From contig CBDBGH010000003.1 in assembly GCA_965205265.1 (NCBI GenBank), positions 3,808,001 to 3,872,000 on the forward strand: a stretch of DNA of 64,000 bases, given 5' to 3'. The position numbers and the translations under genes are program-made. Shown piece by piece: positions 36,424 through 49,147 of this stretch. The first letter of the stretch is position 1. Every line of letters begins with the position of its first letter. The notes below the pieces were generated by a model. That model made no database searches, had not been told where the DNA came from, and was given only the letters and a program-made list of their open reading frames with translations. Source of the DNA: Alphaproteobacteria bacterium (GTDB lineage: Bacteria > Pseudomonadota > Alphaproteobacteria > Bin95).

Positions 36424-37659
36424 ATGCAGGAGCAGCCGCAATTGCCGGCCTGGCCGGGTCCGGGCCTGACCCGTGTGCCCTACGAGGTTTACCGCGACCC
36501 CGCCCTCTATGAAGCGGAGCAGGAGCGTCTGTTTCGCGGCCCGGCCTGGCATTTCCTGTGCATGGAGGCGGAACTGCCGGAGCCCGCCGCCTGGCGCACG
36601 ACGTTCGTCGGCGAGACGCCGGTCATCGTGAGCCGCGACGGCCGGGGGGCGCTGCATGCCTTCGAGAACCGCTGCGCCCATCGCGGCGCGCTGATCTGCC
36701 TCGGCGAAGGCGGGCGCGGGCGGCGCATCCAGTGCGTCTATCACGCCTGGAACTACGACCTCGAAGGCAATCTCCGGGGCGTCGCCTTCGAGGGCGGCAT
36801 AGACGGCGCGGGCGGCATGCCGGCGGGCTTCGACAAGGCCCGGCACGGGCCCCGCAAGCTGCGCGTCGGCGCATATTGCGGGCTGGTGTTCGGCACCTTC
36901 AGCCCGGACGCGGCCGGTCTCGAGGACTGGCTCGGGGCCGAAATCCGCGTCCGGCTCGCGCGCGTGCTGGGCAAGCCCGTGCGCCTGCTCGGCCGCCACC
37001 GCCAGATGCTGCCGAACAACTGGAAGCTCTATGCCGAGAATGTGCGGGACAGCTACCACGCAAGCCTGCTGCATTCCTTCTTCGCCACCTTCCGGCTGAA
37101 CCGGCTCTCGCAGGAGGGCGGCGTCGAGGTGGACGGGAGCGGCGGCCACCATGTCAGCTGGTCGCGCATGCTGACCGACCGCGCCAGTGACGACTACGAG
37201 AAGGGCGGCCTGCGGTCGCACAAGGAGGATTTCGCGCTTGCCGACCCGCGCCTGCTCGAGTGGCGGGACGAGTTCGACGACGGCGTCTCGCTCCAGATTC
37301 TGACCGTGTTCCCGACCTTCGTCGCGCAGCAGGTGCAGAACACGCTCGCCATACGCCACATCGTGCCGAAGGGCGTGGACCGCACGGAATTGCTCTGGAC
37401 CTATTACGGCTTCGGGGACGACGACCCCGAGCTCGCGGAACTGCGGCTCCTGCAGGCGAACCTCGTGGGGCCGGCGGGCTACATCTCCATGGAGGACGGC
37501 GCGGTGGGCGGCTTCGTGGCGCGCGGCGCGGCCGGCGCGGCGGGGCTTGCCAGCGTGGTCGAGATGGGCGGCGCCGGCATCGAAAGCCAGCGGGGCCGCG
37601 CGACCGAGACCTCGGTGCGCGGCTTCTGGAAGGCCTGGCGGGCGGTCATGGGGCTGTGA
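36424..37659 (+). CDS. Rieske aromatic ring-hydroxylating oxygenase alpha subunit (salicylate/anthranilate type)
   Basis: NRCAHRG...CVYHAW Rieske motif, NWKLY.EN..D.YHA..LH and MEDG. Confidence 0.92.
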   Translation: MQEQPQLPAWPGPGLTRVPYEVYRDPALYEAEQERLFRGPAWHFLCMEAELPEPAAWRTTFVGETPVIVSRDGRGALHAFENRCAHRGALICLGEGGRGRRIQCVYHAWNYDLEGNLRGVAFEGGIDGAGGMPAGFDKARHGPRKLRVGAYCGLVFGTFSPDAAGLEDWLGAEIRVRLARVLGKPVRLLGRHRQMLPNNWKLYAENVRDSYHASLLHSFFATFRLNRLSQEGGVEVDGSGGHHVSWSRMLTDRASDDYEKGGLRSHKEDFALADPRLLEWRDEFDDGVSLQILTVFPTFVAQQVQNTLAIRHIVPKGVDRTELLWTYYGFGDDDPELAELRLLQANLVGPAGYISMEDGAVGGFVARGAAGAAGLASVVEMGGAGIESQRGRATETSVRGFWKAWRAVMGL

Positions 37660-38108
37660 GCGGCCTCCAGGACGCCGTGGACGGCCTGTTCGCGCGCTAC
37701 GCCATGGCCATAGACGACGACCGGCTGGAGGACTGGCTGGAACTGTTCGCGGAGGATTGCCGCTACCGCATCGCCGCGCGCGACAATGTGGAAGCCGGCC
37801 TGCCGGTCTCGGTGGTCTATGCCGACGGGCGCGCCATGCTGGCCGACCGGGTGGCGGCGCTGCGCCGCGCGAATGTCTTCGAGGCGCAGCGCTACCGCCA
37901 CGTCGTCGGCCGCGCGCTGGTGGAAGCGGGGCCGCCCGTCGCCGCGCGCGCCGGCTACCATGCGGCGCGCATCATGCGCGAGGGCGATCTCATGCTGTTC
38001 AGCACCGGCGAATACCGCGCCGTCTTCGACGAGGCGTTGCGCATAAGCGAGCTGACGGTCGTGTATGACAATGCCCGCATCGACACCCTGCTGGCGCTGC
38101 CGCTGTGA
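37656..38108 (+). CDS. ring-hydroxylating oxygenase beta subunit
   Basis: YA.AIDDDRLEDW..LF, ML.DRV.ALR and IDTLLALPL motifs. Confidence 0.88.
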   Translation: MSGLQDAVDGLFARYAMAIDDDRLEDWLELFAEDCRYRIAARDNVEAGLPVSVVYADGRAMLADRVAALRRANVFEAQRYRHVVGRALVEAGPPVAARAGYHAARIMREGDLMLFSTGEYRAVFDEALRISELTVVYDNARIDTLLALPL

Positions 38109-38374
38109 CGGGCGCGAACGGGGCGCGGGACGAGCTGCTGGTCCGGGGCGCGCTGGCGCTCTGGGACGCGGAACCGGACGGGGTGACGGCAGCGCGGGAG
38201 GACTCGCCGCTCGGCCCCGTCTGGCGGGTGACCGGGCCGGACGGCCGGAGCCGCGTCCATCCCTCCGTCTCCGGCGCGCTCCGCCATCTGCGCGCGCTGG
38301 CCGCCCCGGAGCGCCGGGCGAGCCGGGTGCTGTTCATGCGCGCCGGCGAGGACGGTAGCGGGGAGCCGCAATGA
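38105..38374 (+). CDS. hypothetical protein
   Basis: 4-nt overlaps with both neighbours in the operon. Confidence 0.55.
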   Translation: MTGANGARDELLVRGALALWDAEPDGVTAAREDSPLGPVWRVTGPDGRSRVHPSVSGALRHLRALAAPERRASRVLFMRAGEDGSGEPQ

Positions 38375-39288
38375 GCCGCGTCATTGCCATTACGGGCTTT
38401 CTCGGCTCCGGCAAGACGACCCTGCTGAAGGCGCTGCTCGCCCATGAGGCGCTGGCGGGCGACGGCGTCATCGTCAACGAGTTCGGCGATGTCGGCATCG
38501 ACCATGCGCTGCTGGAAGCGGGCGAGGAGGAGCTGGTGGAGCTCGGCTCGGGGTGCCTCTGCTGCGCGGCGCGGGGCGACATTCCGACCGCCGCCGCCCG
38601 CCTGCAGGCGCAGCGGCCCTGCGCGCGCATCTGGCTGGAGACGAGCGGCCTCGCCGACCCCGCGCCCATCCTCCAGACGCTGATCGCCGCATACGGCCTG
38701 GAAGCGGGCGGCCTTGCCACCACGGTGGACGCGGTGAACGGCGCGGAGACCCTGGAGCACTATCCCGAGGCGGTGAAGCAGGCGGCGCTGGCGGACCTGC
38801 TGATCGTCACCAAACGCGACCTCGCCCCGGCGCAGGACCTCGAAGCCCGCCTCCGCCAACTCAACCCCGGCGCGGAGATCGTGGAAGCCAGCTTCGGCGC
38901 GCTCGACCCCGCCCGCCTGCTCGCCATCGAGCCCCGGCTCGACGCGCCGGACGGCCACGACCACGCCGCCGGCATCTCGACCTTCACGCTCCGGCGCGCG
39001 GAGCCCGTCCCGGCCGTGGCGCTCACCCTCTTCCTGGAGACGCTGGCGGACGCGGCGGGCCCGGACCTGCTGCGCCTCAAGGGGCTGGTCAGGATCGCCG
39101 AGGCGCCGGAGCGGCCGGTCGTGGTGCATGGCGTGCAGCATGTCTTCCATCCGCTGGAGCGGCTCGCCCGCTGGCCGGACGCCGACACCTCGACAAGACT
39201 GGTCGTCATCGGGCGCGGCATAAGGCAGGATTGGGCGGAGGCGCTCATGGCGGCGCTTATCGAGGAGGTGGAGCGATGTTCGACCTGA
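38371..39288 (+). CDS. CobW/COG0523 GTPase metallochaperone
   Basis: GFLGSGKTT, NEFG, GCLCC, ETSGLADP and LLRLKG motifs. Confidence 0.9.
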   Translation: MSRVIAITGFLGSGKTTLLKALLAHEALAGDGVIVNEFGDVGIDHALLEAGEEELVELGSGCLCCAARGDIPTAAARLQAQRPCARIWLETSGLADPAPILQTLIAAYGLEAGGLATTVDAVNGAETLEHYPEAVKQAALADLLIVTKRDLAPAQDLEARLRQLNPGAEIVEASFGALDPARLLAIEPRLDAPDGHDHAAGISTFTLRRAEPVPAVALTLFLETLADAAGPDLLRLKGLVRIAEAPERPVVVHGVQHVFHPLERLARWPDADTSTRLVVIGRGIRQDWAEALMAALIEEVERCST

Positions 39289-40700
39289 TCCTGCGCAGCG
39301 ACCGGGTGGTGACGCCCCAAGGCGTCGGCGCGCATGATGTGGCGGTCTCGGGCCAGCGCATCGCGGCCGTGGCGGAACGCGGCGCCATCCCGGACGACTC
39401 GGCCGCGCGCGTGGTGGACGCGACCGGGCGGATCGTCCTGCCGGGCGGCATCGACCCGCATGTGCATTGCCTCTGGCACCTGCCGCTGCCCGACGGCACG
39501 GCGATGCTGACCGACCCGCCCGCGGTGGTGAGCCGCGCCGCGCTCCACGGCGGCACCACCACAATGATCGACTTCGCCGCCCGCCAGGAGCCGCTGCCGC
39601 TGAAGGAGGTGATCGCGCGGCGCGACGCCGACTGGGAGGGCGCCTGCTACTGCGACTACGCCTACCATGTGATGCTGCTCGGCGACATTCCCCCGGAGAC
39701 GGTCTCCGAGCTGGAGGGGGTCATCGCCGACGGCTATCCGACCGTGAAGATCTTCACCACCGACATCACGCCCTCGCGCCGCGGGCGGATGGTGCATTTC
39801 GGCGACATCTGGGAGGTCTTCAAGGCGATCACGCGCGCAGGCGGCCTCGGCGTCATCCATGCCGAGGACAACGACATCGTCATGCACATGTACGAGACGC
39901 TGATCCGCGAGGGCCGGACCGGCTTCGAGAACATGGCGGAAGTCCACAACGCGCTCTCGGAGGACCTCTCCTTCCGCCGCGTGCTGAGGCTGGCGGAAGC
40001 GGAGGGCACGCCGCTCTACATGATGCATGTGAGCGCCGCGACGGGCGTGCAGGCGATCCGCGAGGCCCGCGCGAAGGGCTGCCCGATCTACGGCGAGACA
40101 CTGCATCAATACATGCTCTACACCAGCGACGACTACCGGCGGCCCAACGGCCAGATCTACCACACCTATCCCTCGCTCAAGTCGCCGGCGGACCAGGCGG
40201 CGCTCTGGGCCGGCACGCTCGACGGCGCGATCAATTGCGTCGCCACGGACGAGATCTGCTGCACGCTCAAGGTCAAGACCATCGGCAACCGCATCGACGA
40301 CACCACGGGCGGCAATGCCGGCGTCGAGCCGCGCATGGGCGTGATGTATGACGAGATGGTGACGAAGCGCGGCTACAGCCTGGAGCGCTACACCGACCTC
40401 GTCTCGACCAACGCCGCGAAGATCATGGGGCTCTGGCCGCAGAAGGGCGCGCTCGCCCCCGGCTCCGACGCCGACATCTGCGTGCTCGACCCCGAAGCGC
40501 GCGGCACGGTCCGCGCCGAAGACCTCCACGAAGCCGACTACACCCCCTGGGAAGGCCACGCCATAACCGGCTGGCCCGCCATGACAATCCTGCGCGGCAA
40601 GGTGGTAGTCGAGGACGGCGCGTTCCTGGGCGACCCGGCGGACGGGAAGTATCTCAAGCGCGCGGTGCCGGAGGCGGTTAGGGCGGGGCCGGGGGTTTGA
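39276..40700 (+). CDS. dihydropyrimidinase/hydantoinase-like amidohydrolase
   Basis: [18 protein letters not shown] and GSDAD motifs. Confidence 0.9.
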   Translation: MFDLILRSDRVVTPQGVGAHDVAVSGQRIAAVAERGAIPDDSAARVVDATGRIVLPGGIDPHVHCLWHLPLPDGTAMLTDPPAVVSRAALHGGTTTMIDFAARQEPLPLKEVIARRDADWEGACYCDYAYHVMLLGDIPPETVSELEGVIADGYPTVKIFTTDITPSRRGRMVHFGDIWEVFKAITRAGGLGVIHAEDNDIVMHMYETLIREGRTGFENMAEVHNALSEDLSFRRVLRLAEAEGTPLYMMHVSAATGVQAIREARAKGCPIYGETLHQYMLYTSDDYRRPNGQIYHTYPSLKSPADQAALWAGTLDGAINCVATDEICCTLKVKTIGNRIDDTTGGNAGVEPRMGVMYDEMVTKRGYSLERYTDLVSTNAAKIMGLWPQKGALAPGSDADICVLDPEARGTVRAEDLHEADYTPWEGHAITGWPAMTILRGKVVVEDGAFLGDPADGKYLKRAVPEAVRAGPGV

Positions 40701-40711
40701 GGGGGGACGCC

Positions 40712-40996
40712 ATGCTCATGCACGATCCACCCCATCCCGGCAGCGTCATCCGGCGGCAATGCCTCGAACCGCTGGGATTGACAGTGACCGAAGCCGCCAA
40801 GGGCCTTGCGGTGTCGCGCAACACGCTCTCCATGCTCCTCAACGGCCGCCTCGGAATTTCCCCGGAAATGGCGATCCGGCTTTCGGAGGCTTTCGGGGGC
40901 AGCCCGGAAAGCTGGCTGCTCCAGCAGATGCAATACGACCTCTGGCAGGCGAAGGCCAACCGCGGGCCGGTCACCGTCCGCAGATTCGCCGCATGA
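40712..40996 (+). CDS. higA: HigA family antitoxin (orphan)
   Basis: PPHPG..IR...LEPLGL...ISPEMAIRL...ESWL..Q..YDL. Confidence 0.88.
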   Translation: MLMHDPPHPGSVIRRQCLEPLGLTVTEAAKGLAVSRNTLSMLLNGRLGISPEMAIRLSEAFGGSPESWLLQQMQYDLWQAKANRGPVTVRRFAA

Positions 40997-41103
40997 CCCG
41001 CGCCGCCACGCCCGCCGTTTCTTCCGCTTGACCGGCAGGCACAATCGGGAAAGGTTGGCGGCCCAGAGGACGGGAACAGGAAACCGAAGGCGGGCGGTCT
41101 GCA

Positions 41104-42339
41104 ATGCGCTTCATCGAGAGCCTGAAACTGGCCGGCCTGCTCTCCTTCCCGCCGGACATGGAGCCGTTCGAGCTCGAATCCCTCAACGTCCTCATCGGCC
41201 CCAACGGCTCGGGCAAGTCGAACCTGATCGAAGCGTTCGAATTACTGCGCGCCCTGCCGGCGGATTTTGCGATGGCTGCCAGCCGCGCGGGCGGGGTAAG
41301 GGAGTTGATATGGAAAGGAGAAGGAGGAGGGTTATTCGAGAGCGCATCGATCGGATTGACCACACGCAGGCCACCGGGCGGTTTGTTGAAGAGGCCGCCT
41401 GCAATGGATTATCTCATCGAATTCGATGCGGCAATGAATCCTGTGTCGGGAATGGATCGTATGCGCATCATCAGGGAAATTATTTCCAAATCCGGCTCGA
41501 CAGAAGATGGCGATGAACCGGTCTTCTATTACAGAAACGAACTTGGCGAGCCTGCAATAATTCTGGAGCAAGATATCGATAAGGATACGCTGAATGAAGG
41601 GTCGCAGAGGGAAATCGATCCATCCGATATATCGGACAATCAATCGGTTCTTGCGCAATTCCGGGATCCTAACAAATACCGGCAAATGTTCTGGCTGGAA
41701 AGAAACCTGCCTCGCATCCGGATTTTCCGGGAATGGTCATTCGGTCCGCAGTCTCCGGTGCGGCAACCTCAATCGGTGAACATGCCAGAATACCGGCTGT
41801 TGCCGGATGCCAGCAATCTTGCAATAATCGTCAATCAACTCGAGAATCAGGGCAGGTGGCAGGAATTCAACGATTTACTACGGCGTTTTTTCCCACGTTT
41901 CGAGCGTTTGAGCACTTGGTTCATTGGCGGAACCATTCAGCTCCGACTCCATGAAAAGGGCTTCGACACGCCCATCCCCGCGATGCGCATCTCAGACGGC
42001 ACGCTCCGCTTCATCGCCATGCTGGCGGTGCTGCTGTCGCCGGTGCCGCCGCCGCTTGTGTGCATCGAAGAGCCGGAATTAGGACTGCACCCGGACGCGG
42101 TAATGCTGATGGGCGATGTGTTGAAGGAGGCTTCCGAACGGATGCAGCTTGTCGTGACCACTCATTCGCACGCGCTGGTCTCTGCGTTCGACGACCGGGC
42201 GAACGCAATTGTGACATGCGAGCGGCCGGGCGCGAGCACGGTGCTGCGCCGGCTGGACCCGGACACCCTCGCCGACCTGCTGGAGACACATTCGCTAGGC
42301 CATTTGTGGCGGCAGGGCGAACTTGGCGCCAATCCGTGA
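41104..42339 (+). CDS. ABC/AAA_21-type ATPase
   Basis: Walker A IGPNGSGKSN, signature ISDGTLR, Walker B IEEPELGLHP and TTHS. Confidence 0.9.
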   Translation: MRFIESLKLAGLLSFPPDMEPFELESLNVLIGPNGSGKSNLIEAFELLRALPADFAMAASRAGGVRELIWKGEGGGLFESASIGLTTRRPPGGLLKRPPAMDYLIEFDAAMNPVSGMDRMRIIREIISKSGSTEDGDEPVFYYRNELGEPAIILEQDIDKDTLNEGSQREIDPSDISDNQSVLAQFRDPNKYRQMFWLERNLPRIRIFREWSFGPQSPVRQPQSVNMPEYRLLPDASNLAIIVNQLENQGRWQEFNDLLRRFFPRFERLSTWFIGGTIQLRLHEKGFDTPIPAMRISDGTLRFIAMLAVLLSPVPPPLVCIEEPELGLHPDAVMLMGDVLKEASERMQLVVTTHSHALVSAFDDRANAIVTCERPGASTVLRRLDPDTLADLLETHSLGHLWRQGELGANP

Positions 42340-42953
42340 GCGTCGTGACGGTCTATATGGAAGGCGGCGGCGACGACGAAGAACGGCAGGCCGCTTTGCG
42401 CACGGGCATGGAGAGTTTCCTGGCGCGCGGGTTGGCCGGCGGCGAAGCGCGCCCCACCGTGGTCCCTTGCGGCGGCCGCAGCGCCGCCTTTGCCCGGTTC
42501 CGCAGCGCGATGGAGGGTCGGAAGGGTGCAGCCGCCGTGCTTCTCGTCGATTCCGAGCAACGGGTGACTGCCGCGACAGCGCGGGAGCATCTTCGGGAAC
42601 GGCCGGAAGACACTTGGGCCAAGAATCTCGACTTTGCAACCGACGATCAGATTCACCTCATGATCCAGACCATGGAGACATGGATCGCCGCGGATACAAA
42701 GGCGTTGGCCCTTTACTACGGCGAAGGGTTCGACGAGAGCGAACTGCCCGAAACCGGCGATCTGGAGAGTGTATCGAAAGGCTCCATCGCCCGCGCCCTG
42801 AGAGCGGCAACGGGAAACTCCGCCAGAAAGCGGTACCACAAGATTCGGCACGCAAGAGACCTGCTACAGCGTATAGACCCCGAAATAGTGCAGCGGCATT
42901 GCTGCGCCTGCCGACGGCTGTTCGAGACGCTGGCGGAGGAGATCGGACGGTAA
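42336..42953 (+). CDS. DUF4276 (TOPRIM-like) protein
   Basis: YMEGGG, CGGR, LVDSE, METWI.AD and Y.K..HA motifs. GTGA overlap with the ATPase. Confidence 0.8.
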   Translation: MSVVTVYMEGGGDDEERQAALRTGMESFLARGLAGGEARPTVVPCGGRSAAFARFRSAMEGRKGAAAVLLVDSEQRVTAATAREHLRERPEDTWAKNLDFATDDQIHLMIQTMETWIAADTKALALYYGEGFDESELPETGDLESVSKGSIARALRAATGNSARKRYHKIRHARDLLQRIDPEIVQRHCCACRRLFETLAEEIGR

Positions 42954-43381
42954 TCCCTGGCGAAGCCGTCGAGGGGCGCAGCAAGTCCCCGATGCCGCAT
43001 CGCGGAGGCCTGCGTTGCCCCTTCCATAAGAAAAATTTCGGAATCAGCCCGCCAGGGGCTTGACCTGGGGGAAAGTGTGGTATGATGGGTGCAGGAAGGG
43101 CGGCTTGCGGGGCCGCCTTTTCCGTTTTCTGCAGAGGGCGGCTGGGGCCGGAAACCCCGGCGGGAACGGACGAGGAAGGTGCGTCCGCCGTCTCGCGCGC
43201 GCAATCAGGCGCGCGAACCGCGCCGGCGCGAAACGCCCGCCCGCCCGCGCAGGGGCGCGCACGCGATACGCGCGAAACAGGGTCCCGCCGCGCCGGGCAG
43301 CCCGGCGGCGGAATGGAACGAAGCGCAAGGGAGGCGCGATATGCAGGAACGGGACGGCAAGGCATCGGTGGAGGCATGGCG

Positions 43382-43474
43382 AACATGACATCGCATGACA
43401 GACCATGACGCTCTATGTGGAGTGGGCCCCGCGCGCCCGCGGGAGGACCGCCGCCCGCCCTTTCCTCTCCGGGG
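43382..43474. repeat. left copy (part 1) of the 111-bp IS1634 target duplication; continues at 46271-46288
   Basis: Identical to 48205-48297. Confidence 0.9.
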
Positions 43475-43655
43475 TGCGGCGCGACAATCAGCTTGAGACG
43501 CTGGCGACAATCAGGATGAGACGGGGGAAGGCGGCGGCCCGGAACGGAGGGAGGGCGTAGCCCGACCGGAGTTCCGGGCCGCCGCCTCAAAAATTTTTCC
43601 TGGACCTTCTGGCGGGGTCGGTCGGCTGGGCGAACGGTGACGTTTTTCCGAGTAG

Positions 43656-46003
<2,348 letters not shown>

Positions 46004-46288
46004 ACCGCTGCCGCCAGATCGGCCCAGCGGCCACAACACTCACAGCCCGCGGGAATCGCCTCCGCGGGCCGTCTCTTCTCCGACCCGACGGCCCCCCCGC
46101 GACAATCAAAACGCTCTCCGAAAACCCTGTTTGTCGCGCCGCGACAATCAAAATCCGAAACCGCTTGCAATCCGCGCCCCGCGCGACAATCATCAACTCG
46201 CCGATGCCGCCGGGGAATCTCATCCTGATTGACGCGCGGCTCTCACCCAGATTGTCGCGCTATACCGGGGGCGAGTGCTGTATGTCTT

Positions 46289-48204
46289 CCTGACTTCGAC
46301 GGTTGATTCGCATAAGTAGTTGATATTGCCTGGTTCTCATTTCGGCTAGGCACTACATCCGGCATTTCTTCGAGCCGTGCTTCGTCGACGGTCAGGCGAG
46401 TTGATACGGGGTGATCGTCAGGGGCAGCCCCATGGTTGCGTAAATCTGCTCCGCCGCCGGTGTCGGCTTCGAGGGGATGACGTAGCGGTTGCCCGATTGC
46501 CGACAGCGCAGCAGGGAGCACTGGCGGTGGACGAGGGCGGAGCGGATGACCTCCGGGGACATCCGCCGCTTCTGGATGGCGACGCGGTACGCAAGGTGTC
46601 GAACGCAGGCGAAGGCCAGGAAGGCGATGGCGATGTGAGCGCGGATCCGGTCCGGGTTCCAGTGCCAGATGGGACGTATCTTCAGGTCGTGTTTGGTGAT
46701 CCGGAAGCTCTCCTCGACCTGCCAGAGCCCCTGGTAGTGAGCCATCACTTCGGTGACGCGCGCGTCGCGCAGATTGGTGATGACGCCGGTGAGCCCGTCC
46801 CATCGTGCGGCCTCGGCGATCTTCTCCGGGTTCACCGTGAGCCGTGCGTCGCCCTCGACGGCGATGAAGCGCTTCGCCCCGTGATTGGAGAGCAGTTCCC
46901 TGGGATTGTCGCTGCGGGCCAGCCTGTCGAGCAGGCGTTCCACCTGATGGCGGCGCTCGTGCGCGTCCTTGCGTGCGCGCTGGGGGCAGAAGACGACGAT
47001 CAGGCGACGGCCCTTGTACTCCCACTCGCCGACCCGGCGGTCCTGTGAGCCCTCCAGCGGGGCATAGGTCCCGGGGTCGAGAACCTGCCCCAGCAGCGCG
47101 AGCGGCAGCTTGCGCAGCCGCGCGCCGACGACATACTCGCCGCCGATGGCGTCCATGGCGTCGAGGTTGTCGGCGCTCAGCATGCCCCGGTCGGCCACGC
47201 ATACCGTGCGCTCCACCTGGTGGCGGCGCTGCATGTCCTGCAGGACCGGGACCATGCTGTGTCCCTCGTAGGTGGCGCCGGGGAAGACCTCGTAGCTGAT
47301 CGGCAGCCCTTCGCGCGTCACCATCAGCGCCAGCAGAACCTGCGAGTCCTTGTGTTTGCCGTCCTTGCTGAAGCCGTGCTGGCGAAGCTCGTCCTCGGCG
47401 GCCGTCTCGAAGTAGAGCGTGGTGCAATCGAAGAAGAGGATCGCGACCGGCTCCGGCAGCAGCGACCGGCTCGCCTCGCCGACGCGCGTGCGCAGTCGCT
47501 CGATCACCGTCGCGTCGAGCTGATCCATCATCCGGTAGACCTTCTCGAGCGGAAGACTCACGCCGAAGTCCTCCTCGAGCCGGCGCACGCTGCCCCGCTT
47601 GCTGTCGGGGTTGGCTACCCGCGCCATCACCACATGGAACAGCGCGTCATGGGAGGCCCGGTAGCGCGAGCGCGGCAGCAGCGCGTCGAGGCCCAGCAGC
47701 CGGTAGATCTCGCCATAGACCTCGTGGATGCCTGTGATCAGGCGCTGCTCCTCTTCAAGCTGCTTGAGGTCGACCGGGAGTTCCTCCTTGCCGTCCCCCC
47801 GGCGGCCGACACGGATCGCCTGCTCAGCGATCTTCTCGGGCGCAAACAATGCCGGCTGACGCTCGTCCTCCAGCTTCGCCTTGACGTACTCGCCGAGCTG
47901 CCTCAGGCGCTCGAGCTCGTCCTCGTCCATGGCCACGCCGACATGGCGGACGATGCGCTGTCGGACCTTGCCGCCGTCGCGCACGGCCTCGACGATCTGG
48001 ACCGAGCGTCGCGGGCTGTTGGGGGAGGTCTTGATGCGCACGAACATGGGGGGAGTGTAGCGCGTGGCGGAGGCATTGACAGTCTCAAAGATTTACTAGG
48101 CACTACAACGCAGCTTGACCGCACCGCAACTGCCAACTCATTGGCTTTACTGAAAACTCCAGACGCGAGATCGGTCAGAAGTCAGCCCAACCGTCGAAGT
48201 CAGG
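46289..48204 (-). mobile_element. IS1634 family element
   Basis: Perfect 17-bp TIRs CCTGACTTCGACGGTTG / CAACCGTCGAAGTCAGG, flanked by 111-bp direct repeats. Confidence 0.9.
46392..48047 (-). CDS. IS1634 family DDE transposase
   Basis: FFDCTTLYFE, GFSKDGK, VADRGM and Y..LWQVEESFR..K..L.IRPI.HW motifs. Confidence 0.92.
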   Translation of the reverse strand: MFVRIKTSPNSPRRSVQIVEAVRDGGKVRQRIVRHVGVAMDEDELERLRQLGEYVKAKLEDERQPALFAPEKIAEQAIRVGRRGDGKEELPVDLKQLEEEQRLITGIHEVYGEIYRLLGLDALLPRSRYRASHDALFHVVMARVANPDSKRGSVRRLEEDFGVSLPLEKVYRMMDQLDATVIERLRTRVGEASRSLLPEPVAILFFDCTTLYFETAAEDELRQHGFSKDGKHKDSQVLLALMVTREGLPISYEVFPGATYEGHSMVPVLQDMQRRHQVERTVCVADRGMLSADNLDAMDAIGGEYVVGARLRKLPLALLGQVLDPGTYAPLEGSQDRRVGEWEYKGRRLIVVFCPQRARKDAHERRHQVERLLDRLARSDNPRELLSNHGAKRFIAVEGDARLTVNPEKIAEAARWDGLTGVITNLRDARVTEVMAHYQGLWQVEESFRITKHDLKIRPIWHWNPDRIRAHIAIAFLAFACVRHLAYRVAIQKRRMSPEVIRSALVHRQCSLLRCRQSGNRYVIPSKPTPAAEQIYATMGLPLTITPYQLA

Positions 48205-48315
48205 AACATGACATCGCATGACAGACCATGACGCTCTATGTGGAGTGGGCCCCGCGCGCCCGCGGGAGGACCGCCGCCCGCCCTTTCCTCTCCGGGGGCG
48301 AGTGCTGTATGTCTT
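48205..48315. repeat. right copy of the 111-bp IS1634 target duplication
   Basis: Equals 43382-43474 joined to 46271-46288. Confidence 0.9.
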
Positions 48316-48353
48316 GAGGCCCCGCCCCCCGCGCAAGGAAAGGAACGCGCGCC

Positions 48354-49100
48354 ATGCGCCCCTCGATGGATCTCTCCGGGAAGACCGCGATCGTGACGGG
48401 AGCCGGTTCCGGCATCGGGCGGGCCGTGGCGGAGACGCTGGCGGGCGCGGGCGCGCATGTGGTCGCGACCGACATCGACGGGGCGGCCGTCGCGGAGACC
48501 GCCGCGGCGGCGCAGGAGGCCGGCGGCTCGGCGGAGGCGCGCGCGCTCGACGTGACCGACAAGGCCGCCATCCTGGACATCGCCGCTTCGCTCGGCGCCG
48601 TCGATGTGCTGGCCAATGTCGCGGGCTGGGACCGGATCATGCCCTTCACCGAGAACACGCCCGAGTTCATCGAGCGCATCGTCGAGCTCAACTATCTGGG
48701 CGCGGTGCGCATGTGCCACGCGCTGCTGCCGGCGATGATCGAGGCGGGCGGGGGCAAGATCGTCTCGGTCTCCTCCGACGCCGGGCGCGTCGGCTCGATG
48801 GGCGAGACCGTCTATGCCGGGGCCAAGGGCGGGGTCATCGCGTTTTCCAAGTCGCTCGCCCGCGAGACGGCGCGGCACAACATCAATGTCAATGTGGTCT
48901 GCCCCGGCCCGACCGACACGCCGCTCTTCCGCGGCCAGCCGGAGCGCATGCAGCAGGCGCTGATCCGCGCCATCCCCTTCCGCCGGGTCGGCACGCCGCA
49001 GGACCTCGCCAACGCCGTGCTGTTCTTCGCCGGGCCGCTCAGCGACTATGTCACCGGCCAGGTGCTGAGCGTCTCCGGCGGCCTCACCATGGTGGACTGA
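48354..49100 (+). CDS. SDR oxidoreductase (BadH-like)
   Basis: TGAGSGIG, NVAGWD, SSDAGRVGS and YAGAK motifs. Confidence 0.88.
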   Translation: MRPSMDLSGKTAIVTGAGSGIGRAVAETLAGAGAHVVATDIDGAAVAETAAAAQEAGGSAEARALDVTDKAAILDIAASLGAVDVLANVAGWDRIMPFTENTPEFIERIVELNYLGAVRMCHALLPAMIEAGGGKIVSVSSDAGRVGSMGETVYAGAKGGVIAFSKSLARETARHNINVNVVCPGPTDTPLFRGQPERMQQALIRAIPFRRVGTPQDLANAVLFFAGPLSDYVTGQVLSVSGGLTMVD

Positions 49101-49147
49101 CCGCGCTCTTGCGGCGGGCGGGCAAGCGGACATAAACAGGGCGCCCC

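Noticed and set aside
46090-46260. Novel repeat array (GCGACAATC)
   Set aside because: These are the subterminal transposase-binding repeats expected at IS21 ends.
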